Position numbers and translations under genes: made by a program. The notes under the pieces are model-generated. The model saw only the letters and a list, made by a program, of their open reading frames with translations, was not told the origin of the DNA and ran no database searches. A DNA stretch of 63,513 nt, counting the filler, from Sanchytrium tribonematis (lineage: Eukaryota): the NCBI GenBank assembly GCA_018985235.1. It is 30 parts of 30 records of this genome, joined end to end, with 100 filler letters (N's around TTAATTAATTAA, not from the genome) between each part and the next. Parts side by side here need not be neighbours in the genome. Positions count along the whole stretch, not along the records: positions 20,592 to 21,638 come from JADGIG010001439.1; positions 21,739 to 22,785 come from JADGIG010001440.1; positions 22,886 to 23,932 come from JADGIG010001441.1; positions 24,033 to 25,077 come from JADGIG010001442.1; positions 25,178 to 26,221 come from JADGIG010001443.1; positions 26,322 to 27,363 come from JADGIG010001444.1; positions 27,464 to 28,503 come from JADGIG010001445.1; positions 28,604 to 29,643 come from JADGIG010001446.1; 22 more parts are not named here. The stretch is one strand, 5' to 3'. Shown here piece after piece: positions 20,492-32,805 of the stretch; position 1 is the stretch's first letter; every line of letters begins with the position of its first letter.

Positions 20492-20591
20492 NNNNNNNNN
20501 NNNNNNNNNNNNNNNNNNNNNNNNNNNNNNNNNNNTTAATTAATTAANNNNNNNNNNNNNNNNNNNNNNNNNNNNNNNNNNNNNNNNNNNN

Positions 20592-21569
20592 TAATTTATC
20601 ATAACCCATTTTAATGAAATCTAAACACAAAGTGGTACATTCACTTGCGCTGCACTCACCGGGAACTCGATGGCCATGTTCATTTAAACCTCTTCTAAAT
20701 TGTAATCCTTTTAAAAATGGTTTAATGTCCAACATAATCATTCCATTCCAGATGCAAGAGACCTGTAATGGTATTTGGTTTAACCCATTCTCCAAAAATG
20801 GATCATCATCATTGTAAATTTGATCTAATGGCCCCGCTAATGGAATTAAACCATTCACATCTCTATGCACCCAATTGTCATAAATACGAGGATACTTGAA
20901 TTGTCTGTGTAGTATATAATCAATGCCACTCACCATGTGCGCCTTATTCAACTTTTGTTGATAAGCCAATTCTAAAATATCAGACATGCAAAAATAAACA
21001 TCATTTATAAATAAAACAGACGAATAGGGTACTTTTTTATCTATCATTTTATAAAGTGGTCTCATTGCATCATTTCTAACATGCATCAGGTAGTCTATTC
21101 GGTGCATATCAATTTCATTTAAATAAATTGGGCTTGTCGAAATATAATATTTAATATTTAGAGTATCTATCAGTGGAATAAATAAGCCTAATAAATATTT
21201 AGTGTAATCTGTTGAACCTGATTCATAAATTGATAAAAATATTTGATTCTTTTTATTTCTATTGATATAATTGACAAATTCAATCACGTTAAAAAGTAAT
21301 TGAGGCAGAACATCTTGATTATTATGTAAATTGATGGCGATATAATAAGATTGATTTAAATGTGCATATCTTTGATGATTTATAGATGGACATTGTGGAA
21401 TATTTGGAAATGGCATTGAATTTGTAAATTGCTCATAATTAATGTGGTGGTATTGAATTTGAATATCTGAAAATTGTGGGTGTGGGTGTTGTAGCAGTAT
21501 AGATGTGATTAAAAGAACAATAAATGTCAGATAAGGAGTTTCTAGAAAGATGTTAAAAATTTGAGACAT
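20592..21569 (-). CDS. GT69 (CAP59/CMT1-like) mannosyltransferase (3'-partial)
   Basis: N-terminal TM; IAINLHNN, SIYESGSTD, VLFINDV, YDNWVHRD, VSCIWNG, CSASEC. Confidence 0.9.
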
Positions 21570-21738
21570 TTTGGCCTACCTTGTGCCAAACCATGCTTTA
21601 CTGAGATGTTCAGCCATTTAACATGCTGAGGCACATTTNNNNNNNNNNNNNNNNNNNNNNNNNNNNNNNNNNNNNNNNNNNNTTAATTAATTAANNNNNN
21701 NNNNNNNNNNNNNNNNNNNNNNNNNNNNNNNNNNNNNN

Positions 21739-22785
21739 AGACAACCAACATAAAAATGCAAATATGCCATCTTTTTCACGAATATGATCACTTCCAGTCC
21801 CAAATGACTCTTCCCCGCACAAGGATAATTGATTAGAATCCATTAAATTCCCAAAATACTTCCATCCAGTTGGTGTTTCATAACAGGAAATATTCAAAGA
21901 TTGTGCCACTAAATCCACTGCTTGACTCGTTGGCATACTTCTTGCAACACCCTTTAATCCATTCTTGAAATATGGAATGCATTGGTGATGATGTGCGATA
22001 ATAGCTAAAGAATCCCCTGGAGATACAAATTGATTATGAGACACAATCATATTTCTATCTCCATCTCCATCACTAGCACATCCAATATCCACTTTCATTT
22101 CTTTGACTTTATCCAATAATGATTTGGCATATTTCAAATTGGGATCTGGATGCGTTTGATTGAAATCTACAGAGGGGACATGTCTCATAGTTTGACATGT
22201 AGATGGTAAATTCAATAAAGTGAATAATTGGGTGATATAGGGACCTGTAGAGGCATTCATAGCATCAAATAAGATGGATTTAGATTGGAAATAATTGGAG
22301 ATTAATTTGAAATCAAATAATTGGGACATGTATTGTAAATAGTCAGATACACCATCAAATATAGTCAATTTGACTTTGTTGATGCTGATTGAATGACATT
22401 TGGATAAATCAATGGGGTCAATCTGGTGTTTGGAATACCCCTTGATTTGTTTGGAATATTCAAATACCTTGTTTGTGATGGATTCTGGTGCTGGTCCACC
22501 ATTTGACATGTTTAATTTGATGCCAAAATCACCATTCATACCCCCTTCATTATGAGATGCAGTTAATGCGATACCACCGTGTAATTGATGTTGTCGAATG
22601 AATTGGGATAATGCAGGGGTGGTTAATAATCCATTTTTAGCAATGTAAATATGGAATGGGATATCCATTGCAACACATAATTCAATGCAGATTTGGATAC
22701 ATTCTAAATTGTAATATCTGCCATCTCCAGAAATGACAAATTGACATTCTTGATTATTGGGAATCAATTGTTGTAAACAGGATAA
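21739..22785 (-). CDS. PGM: Phosphoglucomutase (internal fragment)
   Basis: GDGRYY, TASHN, DGDGDRN, GEESFG motifs. Confidence 0.95.
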
Positions 22786-22885
22786 NNNNNNNNNNNNNNN
22801 NNNNNNNNNNNNNNNNNNNNNNNNNNNNNTTAATTAATTAANNNNNNNNNNNNNNNNNNNNNNNNNNNNNNNNNNNNNNNNNNNN

Positions 22886-23893
22886 TATCATTTTAAAAGC
22901 AAGGATAAATTGATCATTAAATTTGTGAAAGATTGCGAATATTGCAAAGAAAAACGACGTCCCAAGATGGTACAGATGAAGTTTAGAATGCCCCAAGGTG
23001 TGAATGATATTGTAGGCATTGATCTAATGGAAATCGACAAAGATGAATTTCGATACATTTGTGTAATTAGAGACATGTTCTAAGGTTGTGTACTTCTGCA
23101 TCCGATGATGAACAAGACAGCCAAAGAAACATGCATTGGATTAATCAAGTACTGCTCTAAATGGGGATTTCCATCCCTTATTGTATCGGATGAAGGTTCT
23201 GAATATTTGGGTGAATTTGCCGCATTCATAGAAAGAGAATTTATTAGATTGGAGAAGAGTCATCCAGATGTAAAGAAAGAAAATGGAGTAGCGGAGAGAG
23301 CGATACAGACTGTGCAGGGAGTAATGCGTGTAATTCGCAAGGAGTATCCAAATGAAGATTTTCAATTCCATGTGGCATTGTGTGAACTATACATCTATAA
23401 CACTCCACGTACAACTACCACCTTTTCTCCTATTGAATTGATGACACTTCAAGCTACAAATATCACGAATGAGAAAGAATATTTGTCAGATACAATTCGC
23501 AGTCATGTTCAAGTCCAATTATCCAAAATAAAGGACAAACAGATGACTAAGTGAAATCGCGGGTTGAGAAATGATGAGGAATATCGAGTTGGAGACCAAG
23601 TGTGGTGTTATCCATCAACAAATACAAAGAAATTACAGCAATTGGCTTACTTAGCAACAATTGTAAGAGTAATTAGAGATAAACAATATGATTTGGTTGT
23701 AGATGGTGAAGAAGAGAAGACATTTAGAGCACATGCGGACCAATTATTGCCATTCACAAATGATTTGGCAACAGGGGATTGTGATATTGAGAATGTAGAA
23801 GTGATTGCAAATCATTTGCATCATTTAAAGGCACGTGGTCAGTTCTCATTGGTGGGAAACACGTGCTGGGACACAAGGAAATTTGACAAATAA
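22886..23893 (+). mobile_element. Ty3/Gypsy-type integrase, pseudogenised
   Basis: CEYC zinc motif, GIDL, VSDEGSEY, NGVAERAI; in-frame stops at 23081 (TAA) and 23552 (TGA). Confidence 0.85.
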
Positions 23894-24032
23894 ATAAAGC
23901 ACCTGGTTTTTTAATGCAAAATCTTTTGAATCNNNNNNNNNNNNNNNNNNNNNNNNNNNNNNNNNNNNNNNNNNNNTTAATTAATTAANNNNNNNNNNNN
24001 NNNNNNNNNNNNNNNNNNNNNNNNNNNNNNNN

Positions 24033-24299
24033 ATATTGTCTGACGATACTGTGCTTACTGTGAGTGCTTTGTTAATTGCTATGATGAGCATCTGTGTTGG
24101 AGTGATAATTATTGTTGTTATTTTACAAACGCGACAAATGGTAGAAGTTTATAAGGAAAGAAGAAGATCAAGCTTAAAAGAAAATGAGATTGCAAAGATG
24201 AATAGGATAGCAAATAGACAAACTATGTTTGATCCAACTACTATGGCGACTGCCACTCTTGCAGTCAATGAAAGAAGGCAATCAGTGGGTAATTTGTGA
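24033..24299 (+). CDS. Single-pass membrane protein C-terminus (5'-partial)
   Basis: Long hydrophobic helix followed by a basic cytoplasmic tail. Confidence 0.5.
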   Translation: MLSDDTVLTVSALLIAMMSICVGVIIIVVILQTRQMVEVYKERRRSSLKENEIAKMNRIANRQTMFDPTTMATATLAVNERRQSVGNL

Positions 24300-24344
24300 T
24301 ATAATAAATCAGTTTTATAAATTTAATTGCGAGGAGGAAACAAC

Positions 24345-25077
24345 ATGAAATTCGGTAAACAATTGTTGGATGAATCCCAACCAGAATATGCTATATATTA
24401 TATGGATTATAAGCAGCTGAAAAAAATAATATTTAGATTAGAAAAGGAAGACAAGGAAATGATTCGCCAAACATTTTTTAGATTGCTACAAAACGAATTG
24501 CAAAAAGTTAATCAATTTTACCTAGAGCAAGAGACTTTGGTCATGCAGCGATTCAATACGCTTTCACAACTTAATGCGAACAACGGTAAATCCTCAATGT
24601 TGGAGGCTTATAATATTTTATTAACGCAACTAGACAAATTGCAGCATTTTATTCAACTAAATCAAACTGGTTTCAGCAAAATTTTGAAAAAATGGGACAA
24701 AAGAAGCAAATCAAATGTGAAAGAAATTTATTTGTCAAGGCAGATCGATCAGCAGCCGTGTTTCGACAATCAACTTGACCATATCGCCCATTTAATTCAT
24801 AAAGAGGTCCTTCGGATACAATCGCTCCCAAAAGATGATGAATCTGAGTATTCGAATATAGAAGTCTCTATTTTATCAACCATCAAGGATCTCCTTTCCA
24901 CAGATCAACTGGAATCCTTCCTTTCGACTTGTTCAGATGAAGTCATTTCTCGTATTGTTTTACAATTTATTAAGGATATTTCACTAAAAGTATTTATTTC
25001 TTGCAAATCCAGAATCAATATGCAGATGTGTGATAATGTCCATGGTCGATCTTTGGTCCATTTAGTTGCAAAACACA
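24345..25077 (+). CDS. SPX-ankyrin protein, Pho81/NUC-2-like (3'-partial)
   Basis: MKFGKQL...YMDYKQLKK, GFSKILKKWDKRSK..KEIYLSR; ankyrin start HGRSLVHLVA. Confidence 0.85.
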
Positions 25078-25177
25078 NNNNNNNNNNNNNNNNNNNNNNN
25101 NNNNNNNNNNNNNNNNNNNNNTTAATTAATTAANNNNNNNNNNNNNNNNNNNNNNNNNNNNNNNNNNNNNNNNNNNN

Positions 25178-26221
25178 CACGAAATCTCCATTTAGATCGT
25201 AATAAGGATTATTATTAATTTGCTTTAACACTTTTGTAACTGCTGACTCTAAAGAATGCGGGGTGTTGGGATGTGGATTTGAATGGCAGAAAACAGACAT
25301 GCAAGTTCGCTCTACCAAAATTTCACAATAATTTAAAGGACCCGAGTTGAATTCAATAATATCATACATTAAATTTTGAGTTTTAGGTAATTGAGATAAA
25401 ACTCCTTTTTGATTAAGTAAGGAAAAGACTGTCAGACAAGTCGTCTCAAATAGTGGATATCTATCCTTGCAAATGCTTAAATCTCTTCGATGTGCGACCA
25501 ATTGCTTGAATATGTAGATCCATGCTTCCTTCGAAGCATCAATTGTGGCAGAAATATCCAACGATGAAAAATTTCCAGCTTTTCTCTTTAAAACTTCTAC
25601 TGATAGTTTGCTACTTACATAATTAGAAGGAGGGACCAGATCCGGATATTGGGACTTGGACTGCTTTAAAGTTTGCTCTTTTTCCAACAAAGTATATTCA
25701 CGATCTACCATTAAAACAAACTGATAAATTGATTTCGTAGTAGTATCTGTGACCTCCAAAGCTTGCGTGGGAGAAAAAGGATTGATGCTTTTTAAAAACT
25801 TATTATCTAAAATTTTAGATCTGTAATTAGAAGGTAAAAGTTTGGCAATTTTGCACAAGTATAATAATTTCGTGCTTTGCATCACAACTAGATTATCAGG
25901 CCAGGACATAGACGTCTCTAACTCCAACGCAAAATAATTAAGTTGTAGATGATGTACATGAGAAATGGGCAGCGGAAGATCTAATGACTTTAGTGTGTCT
26001 TTCAATTCTTTGATGTTTGAATCTAATATAATTCCTGGAAAGATAATCTTAGAGCTAGTGATATTAATGTCTTTAAAATGTACTGAGAGACATTTGTTGA
26101 TGATCTCATGAATATCGTCGTTATCAAAGCTGACACAGACGTTAACAAATCCGTCTTTAAATTTTCTTTTTTCACAGTTTTCACCCCACAATTGTATAAA
26201 TGAAGCAGCTTCTTTGGTATT
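25178..26221 (-). CDS. Nrap/Utp22 (NOL6)-like fragment
   Basis: WGENCEKRKFKDG, LDLPLPISHV and LETSMSWPDNL..MQSTKLLYLCKIA resemble Nrap domains. Confidence 0.65.
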
Positions 26222-26321
26222 NNNNNNNNNNNNNNNNNNNNNNNNNNNNNNNNNNNNNNNNNNNNTTAATTAATTAANNNNNNNNNNNNNNNNNNNNNNN
26301 NNNNNNNNNNNNNNNNNNNNN

Positions 26322-27363
26322 TCTTTTCCCCACAAAAATTTCTCTCCTTTGCGAAGTAACTTATACATTGGCTGAGCAATGATAGCAAATTTTTGAACAG
26401 AACCTCGATAGTAACTAGCCATACCTAAAAATCTTTGCATTTGCTTAATGTTTGTTGGCGATTCAAAATCTAAAATAGGCTTGACTCTGTCTGGATCTGG
26501 TTTGACAACTTGACCATCCAAATAAAATCCCAAATAAGTTGCACTCGTAAACATAAAAGTGCATTTGTTGCAATATGCCTTTAAATTATATTTTTCTAGT
26601 AAGTCGAATACATTGTTAATCATTTCTAGATGTCTCTCTTCTGTATCCGAGGCAATTAATATATCATCTTGGTAGCAGAAAACCTCATGATTAAGGTAAT
26701 CTGAAAATACTAGATCCATAATCTTTTGAAACGTTTTGCCTGAATTCATAAGTCCAAATGGCATGTTTTTATACACAAAATGACCCATGTGTGTAATGAA
26801 TCCTGTTTTTATGATATCCTCTTTTTTCATTGGTATTTGCCAATATCCTTTTCTTAAATCTATTTTTGTAAAATATTTCTTTCCATGAAATTCCTTTAAA
26901 ATTACATCTATCTTTGGTAGTGGGTATGAATCTGATTCTGAGTTTTTATTTAATGCTCTATAATCAACACAAAATCTCATTTCTGTTGTATTGGCTTTTG
27001 AAACGAGCACTACTGGTGCACTATATGGAGACGCTGGACTTCTCTCAATTACGTCTAAATCTAACATCTTTTGAATTTCTTTTTCAATTATACCTCTCTC
27101 TTTATGTGAGGCATTATATGGTTTAAATGACTTTGGAACATCACTGATCTTAATTTCATGCTCAATGGGTACATCTGCACCTAGTTTTCCATCAAAAACT
27201 CCCTTATGACTCTTAAGTGTATTGTATATAGTTGATCGGTTTTCTTCCATACCAATTTTCAAGCTATTGGCATCTAATCCACCATCAAAATCATCGAAAA
27301 ATGGAATCTCTCCATCAATAGAATCTTCAGAAACAACATTAATATGATCATTTAGTAAATTCT
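26322..27363 (-). mobile_element. Ty3/Gypsy reverse transcriptase (intact internal fragment)
   Basis: SPYSAPVVLV, RFCVDYRALN, IDLRKGYWQI, MPFGL, YQDD, RFLGMASYYR. Confidence 0.95.
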
Positions 27364-27463
27364 NNNNNNNNNNNNNNNNNNNNNNNNNNNNNNNNNNNNN
27401 NNNNNNNTTAATTAATTAANNNNNNNNNNNNNNNNNNNNNNNNNNNNNNNNNNNNNNNNNNNN

Positions 27464-28045
27464 GCTTTTGATATACAATTGGTATCTCTCACTCATCCTT
27501 ATCTTTACAGCAAGTTAGCTAAAAAATACTTTTTACACAATAATATGATACAAAAACATATGGATCAAGAAAATTGTGAGGATATCATATTTATTTCAGA
27601 TAAATTTGACTATATTGGTTTGATTAATGCAAGAGAATTAATTAAAAATCGAGAATATTGTATTTCTATGGATATTACATCTTTATGTCCAAATTTTCAT
27701 ACACACGCTTACTCTTGGGCTTGCTTTGATAGCAATATGACCTTTGATTTGAGTAGAAATTGGCCGCAAGATACTAAATCACTTTGGTTTTTGGAGCTAG
27801 AAACTGCCTTGCGAGCTTGTGCAAGAGAGCCCACAGTAGGATTTCCAATTGGTCCCGGTCTAATAGAAAATATTATGACTCAATTTATGAAAAGAATTGT
27901 TGTGACTGCCATGAAGGAATTGAAAAGTCAATTCTATAAAGGAGTGAAAATGATTTGCAGATGCGATAATTTGGAAATCTATTTAGATGATACTGAAATG
28001 ATTAAAGTCTTGATATATATTCTGAAGGTTGTACTATTTGCATAG
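27464..28045 (+). CDS. Reverse-transcriptase-like fragment resembling bacterial Abi/DRT (UG class 1) RTs; catalytic motif degenerate
   Basis: Frame open from contig edge: SLTHPYLY, MDITSLCPNFHTHAYSWA, ALRACAREPTVGFPIGP, and RCDN at the YxDD position. Confidence 0.6.
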   Translation, partial: AFDIQLVSLTHPYLYSKLAKKYFLHNNMIQKHMDQENCEDIIFISDKFDYIGLINARELIKNREYCISMDITSLCPNFHTHAYSWACFDSNMTFDLSRNWPQDTKSLWFLELETALRACAREPTVGFPIGPGLIENIMTQFMKRIVVTAMKELKSQFYKGVKMICRCDNLEIYLDDTEMIKVLIYILKVVLFA

Positions 28046-28603
28046 ACTTCAAGTACTTTGCAGCTGATCTCGATATGAAGCATTATTAAGCATTATTTCG
28101 TATGGTGAATATAACAAGAAAATACATATTCGATGTCTTGTTAATAAAGTGCTCCTAGTGCAAAATCATTATTCTTATTTCCACATTTGCGATTTGTATA
28201 TAAATTTATTTTGATCTTTCACTCAGGTATTTTGAGACTTATATTTGAACCAAATTAATGACCTTTGTGTCTCTCTATTTAATTTTACAATGATTTTCAA
28301 GTTCTTTATGATGTGTGTATTTTTAAAGCAGTCGCAATTCAGAATCAGCATTTCCATCTTTCAAAAGTCGCTGTGATTGAGATAAGTATTGACAGTGTAA
28401 TTCACCATTACCATAAACATGCAATCATCCACAGCCCACAAAGCGTTGCCTACTTTTAAGATACACATTGCTTATAATCCACCTTAGCTATTTTCAATCT
28501 CCANNNNNNNNNNNNNNNNNNNNNNNNNNNNNNNNNNNNNNNNNNNNTTAATTAATTAANNNNNNNNNNNNNNNNNNNNNNNNNNNNNNNNNNNNNNNNN
28601 NNN

Positions 28604-29371
28604 GACAGAATTTAAATACTGTGGGATAGTACCAGTGAATCTATTATGCGAGATATTCAAAATAATGCGAGGATCTTCATAGAGCCAATCATGAAATGGT
28701 TCCTCCCAATAGGGAATGTTGCCAGTCAAATTGTTGTGCGAAAAGTCAATCGTGAGGATGGTACTTGGAAATCGGTATTTGATCTGTCCAGTGATCAAAT
28801 TATGATCCATTATCAAAGTTCGAAGTGTTTCTGGCAATGATTTGGGAATCTTCTCAAATTGGTTAAAACTTACTATAAAATGATATAAATTGGAGTACCC
28901 TAAATCAATCTCACCAGATAATTGATTATGTGACACGTCTATCTTTTCAAAAGACGGGGCAATTAGAGAGGGAATATTTCCACTTAAATTATTCCATGAT
29001 AAATCCACCAAATAAACATAGTTGCTAGTATTGACATTTGGAACACTTCCCGTTAAACGTTCCGGCCATGTTTGTGGCAATTCACTCTTTAAATGGTTGT
29101 GATCCAATCTTAATTCCCAATACGAATTGGAAAAATTGACAATACTTTCATTGATCTGGTTATAGCTCAGCCAGAGTGATTCAATGGACGTATTTGTTGG
29201 TACGGAACCATAAATCAAGTTATTGCTAGCATACAAGGAACGCAAGGTGATTGGAAAATTTTGTGTCATTTTATCAAAAATAAAATTATTTCTAATATCT
29301 ACATTATCAATAGAAATTGGAAATTCTTTTCTGATATTCTCATAATAGAAATTGGGTTGAAAATTTGGCAT
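28604..29371 (-). CDS. Plant-type LRR protein fragment (no signal peptide visible; one repeat looks deleted)
   Basis: LxLSxNxLSGxIP repeats. Confidence 0.75.
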
Positions 29372-29743
29372 TTTGGTGAATCTGTTGTCATTGTTTCAAA
29401 ATGCTTCACTCCAAAGATAGCAAAAAGAACGCATTTCTTTCCAAACCCAAGTCCAAACAGTTCAGATCAACTCAAAAATCTTTATCCGCCTCCTTCAAAT
29501 TCCCTGTATTAACCCAAGAAGTAGCAGATAACGAATATTTACCAATTATTCAAAATCCCGAAAAAACTACTTCAACTGAAATGAACCTTGGGGAAGATCA
29601 AACAAACATCGACGACGTGCAAGATGCCCAAATGAGTGATCAANNNNNNNNNNNNNNNNNNNNNNNNNNNNNNNNNNNNNNNNNNNNTTAATTAATTAAN
29701 NNNNNNNNNNNNNNNNNNNNNNNNNNNNNNNNNNNNNNNNNNN

Positions 29744-30174
29744 TCCTCAAATTTATCCTTGAAAATATTGGCTAATTCGCTATTTTTAAATCTTAAAGCA
29801 AATTGTTCAAATTTGGCCTCGTTTTCACTATAATCTTGTGCTGTATAGACCCAACTCTTATCACTGCCCACATTAGGCTTCAATTCCATGGATTTGTCAA
29901 TATAATGATTTGCACAGATCTTTTGAATTTTATCTCTTCTCATTAAGACTCTTACTCTTGCATTTCCTTTATTTAAGAGTAATTTGATGTCACCGACACC
30001 ACGCTCCTTCCATTCGTTGGCATCTTTATCAAATCTGTACAATTTCGCACGTTGCTTTAATAAAACAGTTTCATCTTCTTCTAAAGATTTCACATCTACT
30101 TTTTCCAAGTGGACGACTGGCTCATAAGTAGCTGTTGGTTCAAAGTGTTCGACTGCTTCTTCGTGATCACTCAT
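29744..30174 (-). CDS. YRB1: Ran-binding protein 1 (3'-partial)
   Basis: [32 protein letters not shown]. Confidence 0.95.
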
Positions 30175-30416
30175 CTCCTTGTCTGGAAAAACTTCCGTTC
30201 ACTTTTTTGAAATTCGAAATACCTCAGCAATCTTTCGAGTAAAGATATTAGCAGTAGTCTGACTGGATAGATAAGAGTATTTAAAGTCATAGGAAAGTAG
30301 ATAAAATCATAAATTACATGAGGTTGTAGCAATGGCATGCTTGTTCAGATACTCTCCAGGTTTTGAATCTTTCAATTGCCAAATCTTAATAAATTACCTA
30401 GCAAATCTCGATTTAT

Positions 30417-30778
30417 TTAATTTCTAAAGTCCATAAATCCATTAGTACTAGTAGCAGATGGTGACTTTGCACCATTTAATCCATTAGAATGACCAATCGC
30501 AAAATTTGTGGACATTTCTGGGCTTTGGGGTGATGGAGATCCACTTAGATTCAAAAATAACGCTTTGCTTTCTTCATATATCTTGTAGCACTTCTCGTTT
30601 ATTATTTCTTCAATATCTCTTCCGCCGTTTTGATGAATTTCATTGCAGTGTTTAATAAAATCATCGCATCTAACAAGATGCTGCCTCAATAAGTCTATCC
30701 TGCCTTTAAATTTAATCTTTCTATGACAATATAAGCAGGGTAAAGGTGGGCTATGCACTAGCTTTATGTGTCGCTGGC
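30417..30778 (-). CDS. BED-type zinc-finger protein C-terminus (5'-partial)
   Basis: CLYC-x15-HLVRC. Confidence 0.55.
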
Positions 30779-31016
30779 NNNNNNNNNNNNNNNNNNNNNN
30801 NNNNNNNNNNNNNNNNNNNNNNTTAATTAATTAANNNNNNNNNNNNNNNNNNNNNNNNNNNNNNNNNNNNNNNNNNNNGGGACATGTTCTAATTCTTAGC
30901 CAACTTGAATGGCGAATTTGTAAACTTCCGACTTAATTGGATATTGAAATAGCCGATTTAGCCAATTTAAAGCCGTGATATTTGTCTTAAAAGCCGTACA
31001 GCCCATCAATTTGTAG

Positions 31017-32735
31017 ATGTTAGCTTCAATTGTATTGGCAGCCCCATTCGCGGAGAACGATGGATTTGTTTATAAAGGAGCAAGCTGTAAAACTGGGTAT
31101 AGTTCAGCTAGAGGCTGGTGTATTAAGGATGCTGCTTATGCATTCACAACAAGCAACGCATTGATGAATGATTACAACAAAGATCTTGATGAATTATTGG
31201 TGCACAAATTGAGTGTGTTGGTAAAAAGTGGTGAAAATGTTGTGGGGGATGCGCCAGTGGAATTTAGCAATACTGGATCCAAACAGGTAGAAATCTTGTA
31301 TTTGGATGGTACAACAGGTTACCCAAAGCAAACAACGTTGAGCCCGTACGATAGTGTCATCGTAGAGACAGCACAAAATGGAAATGCAGATTTGTCATTT
31401 ATTGTTGATGAAAGTGGATACGTCCCAAAGTTCAAGGTAGCTCCAGTCTGGATGGATGACGAAGACATTGTTGACCCAACCAAAGATGCTTTGACTAGAG
31501 TGTCAAGAATCGATGCTGAGCAATTGTCCGATATTCAAGGTGTCAAAAAGCAAAATATAGACCAGGTTGTTAGAAGTTTGACTACTTTGCAAAACTTCAA
31601 GGAAGTAACGCACAAAGGAAATACAAATATGGATGATATTCTTGATGCTGATGTAGAATCAGCTCATATGGAAGCAGATGGTGAAAATGGGTTTATTAAA
31701 GTTGTCGTTAAAACTCTGAAAGGAATTAAAGAATTTCTGGTAAACGGAATCAAAAATGCATTCCGAGCTGTTGGATGGGTATTGAGGCAAATTGGATTGA
31801 CATTGGTCAAGGTATTTAAAGCAGTCAAGGCCTTTTTTGCATGGGAAGATGTTGTTCTCACACACAAATGGCTAGAGCAAAATTTGTTAAAGGTAAGAAA
31901 AGCTTCTCCAAAGTTTATCAAAGACAACGAGGTGAAGACTGTTGAAAAATTGAAGGAAATGAGAGACAAGACGAGTGGTCAGATTGATTCAGTTATTGAT
32001 ATGCTCAAGGGCCAAGTACCTAAAGAAGCTGAGCAAATTAAAAACCCAGCACCAGAGAGTCAATATCTCATGACTGTTGTTTCTCAAAACGCCAAGTTGA
32101 TTGAATTTAACGGCCAGACAACTTCAAGCCTTTACCCACATTTGGTTACATTGGACAGCGCCATTTCAAATAGCACATCCAGATTGGACAAGGTCAAAGA
32201 AGCGTTGAAAAACGCAATGGTTGCAGTTGGTAAGGGATTGAAGACTGTCTCAATATTTGTTTTGACAACGTTACTCAATTTGGCAAAAGTCTTGTTTCAT
32301 CTATTTGACGACATCCTGATTATCGGAGTTTCTGTTGCTTCAATTGTGTTTTACGGCGTAACTGAATTATTGTGGGATATGTTTACTTTGAAGGTAGAAT
32401 TGCCATTCATCTCAGACTTTTACAGAAAGCATGTTGGTGGATCAGAATTGACTTTGTTGAGTGTATCATTACTACCTTCTGCGGCGGTGGCAACCTGGGC
32501 ATACAAAGCCACTCATTGGGGCAAGGCACCATTCACACAAGAAACTCCTGTCAATGACATGGTTCTTACCAACAAAATGTTTTCCCCAAAGAGTATCCAA
32601 AAAAGGGATGCGGACGATTTGGTAGAAGTTTTGCTTGTTATTCTGTATGTTGCTTTGGAAATGCTTTTCTTTATCGCCTTCTTTCCATTCAGCTTGTTTT
32701 TCTGGTGGTGGTTTCCTTGGTTTGATTTTTACTAA
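31017..32735 (+). CDS. Secreted helical protein of unknown function with hydrophobic segments
   Basis: 572 aa; MLASIVLA signal; amphipathic and hydrophobic helices; QKR then a W/F-rich hydrophobic tail. Confidence 0.75.
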   Translation: MLASIVLAAPFAENDGFVYKGASCKTGYSSARGWCIKDAAYAFTTSNALMNDYNKDLDELLVHKLSVLVKSGENVVGDAPVEFSNTGSKQVEILYLDGTTGYPKQTTLSPYDSVIVETAQNGNADLSFIVDESGYVPKFKVAPVWMDDEDIVDPTKDALTRVSRIDAEQLSDIQGVKKQNIDQVVRSLTTLQNFKEVTHKGNTNMDDILDADVESAHMEADGENGFIKVVVKTLKGIKEFLVNGIKNAFRAVGWVLRQIGLTLVKVFKAVKAFFAWEDVVLTHKWLEQNLLKVRKASPKFIKDNEVKTVEKLKEMRDKTSGQIDSVIDMLKGQVPKEAEQIKNPAPESQYLMTVVSQNAKLIEFNGQTTSSLYPHLVTLDSAISNSTSRLDKVKEALKNAMVAVGKGLKTVSIFVLTTLLNLAKVLFHLFDDILIIGVSVASIVFYGVTELLWDMFTLKVELPFISDFYRKHVGGSELTLLSVSLLPSAAVATWAYKATHWGKAPFTQETPVNDMVLTNKMFSPKSIQKRDADDLVEVLLVILYVALEMLFFIAFFPFSLFFWWWFPWFDFY

Positions 32736-32805
32736 ATAAATGATTTGGATTTGTAAGGCCGTCCAACTCAAAGAAAGGAAAACTACTTGGGACAGCAAAG
32801 ATAAT

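Noticed and set aside
23081..23554. In-frame TAA/TGA in the integrase as stop-codon reassignment or readthrough
   Set aside because: Conserved genes (RPB12, RPS30, DRE2, BolA, Rab7) end normally at TAA or TGA and long CDSs lack internal stops; TE decay is simpler.
26322..28045. Gypsy RT next to the Abi/DRT-like RT as a two-RT (DRT3-like) system
   Set aside because: They lie on different contigs separated by a linker; contig order follows size or name sorting.
28028..28045. 18-nt GT...AG (GTTGTACTATTTGCATAG) as an intron rescuing the RT frame
   Set aside because: Removal extends the frame by only about 10 codons, and it lacks the GTA start and -6 A.
29380..29643. CCHC-like knuckle (CCHCFKMLH) and ORF 29401 as a gag/ORF1 remnant
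   Set aside because: Final Cys missing, upstream stop and no other TE motif; too weak to call.
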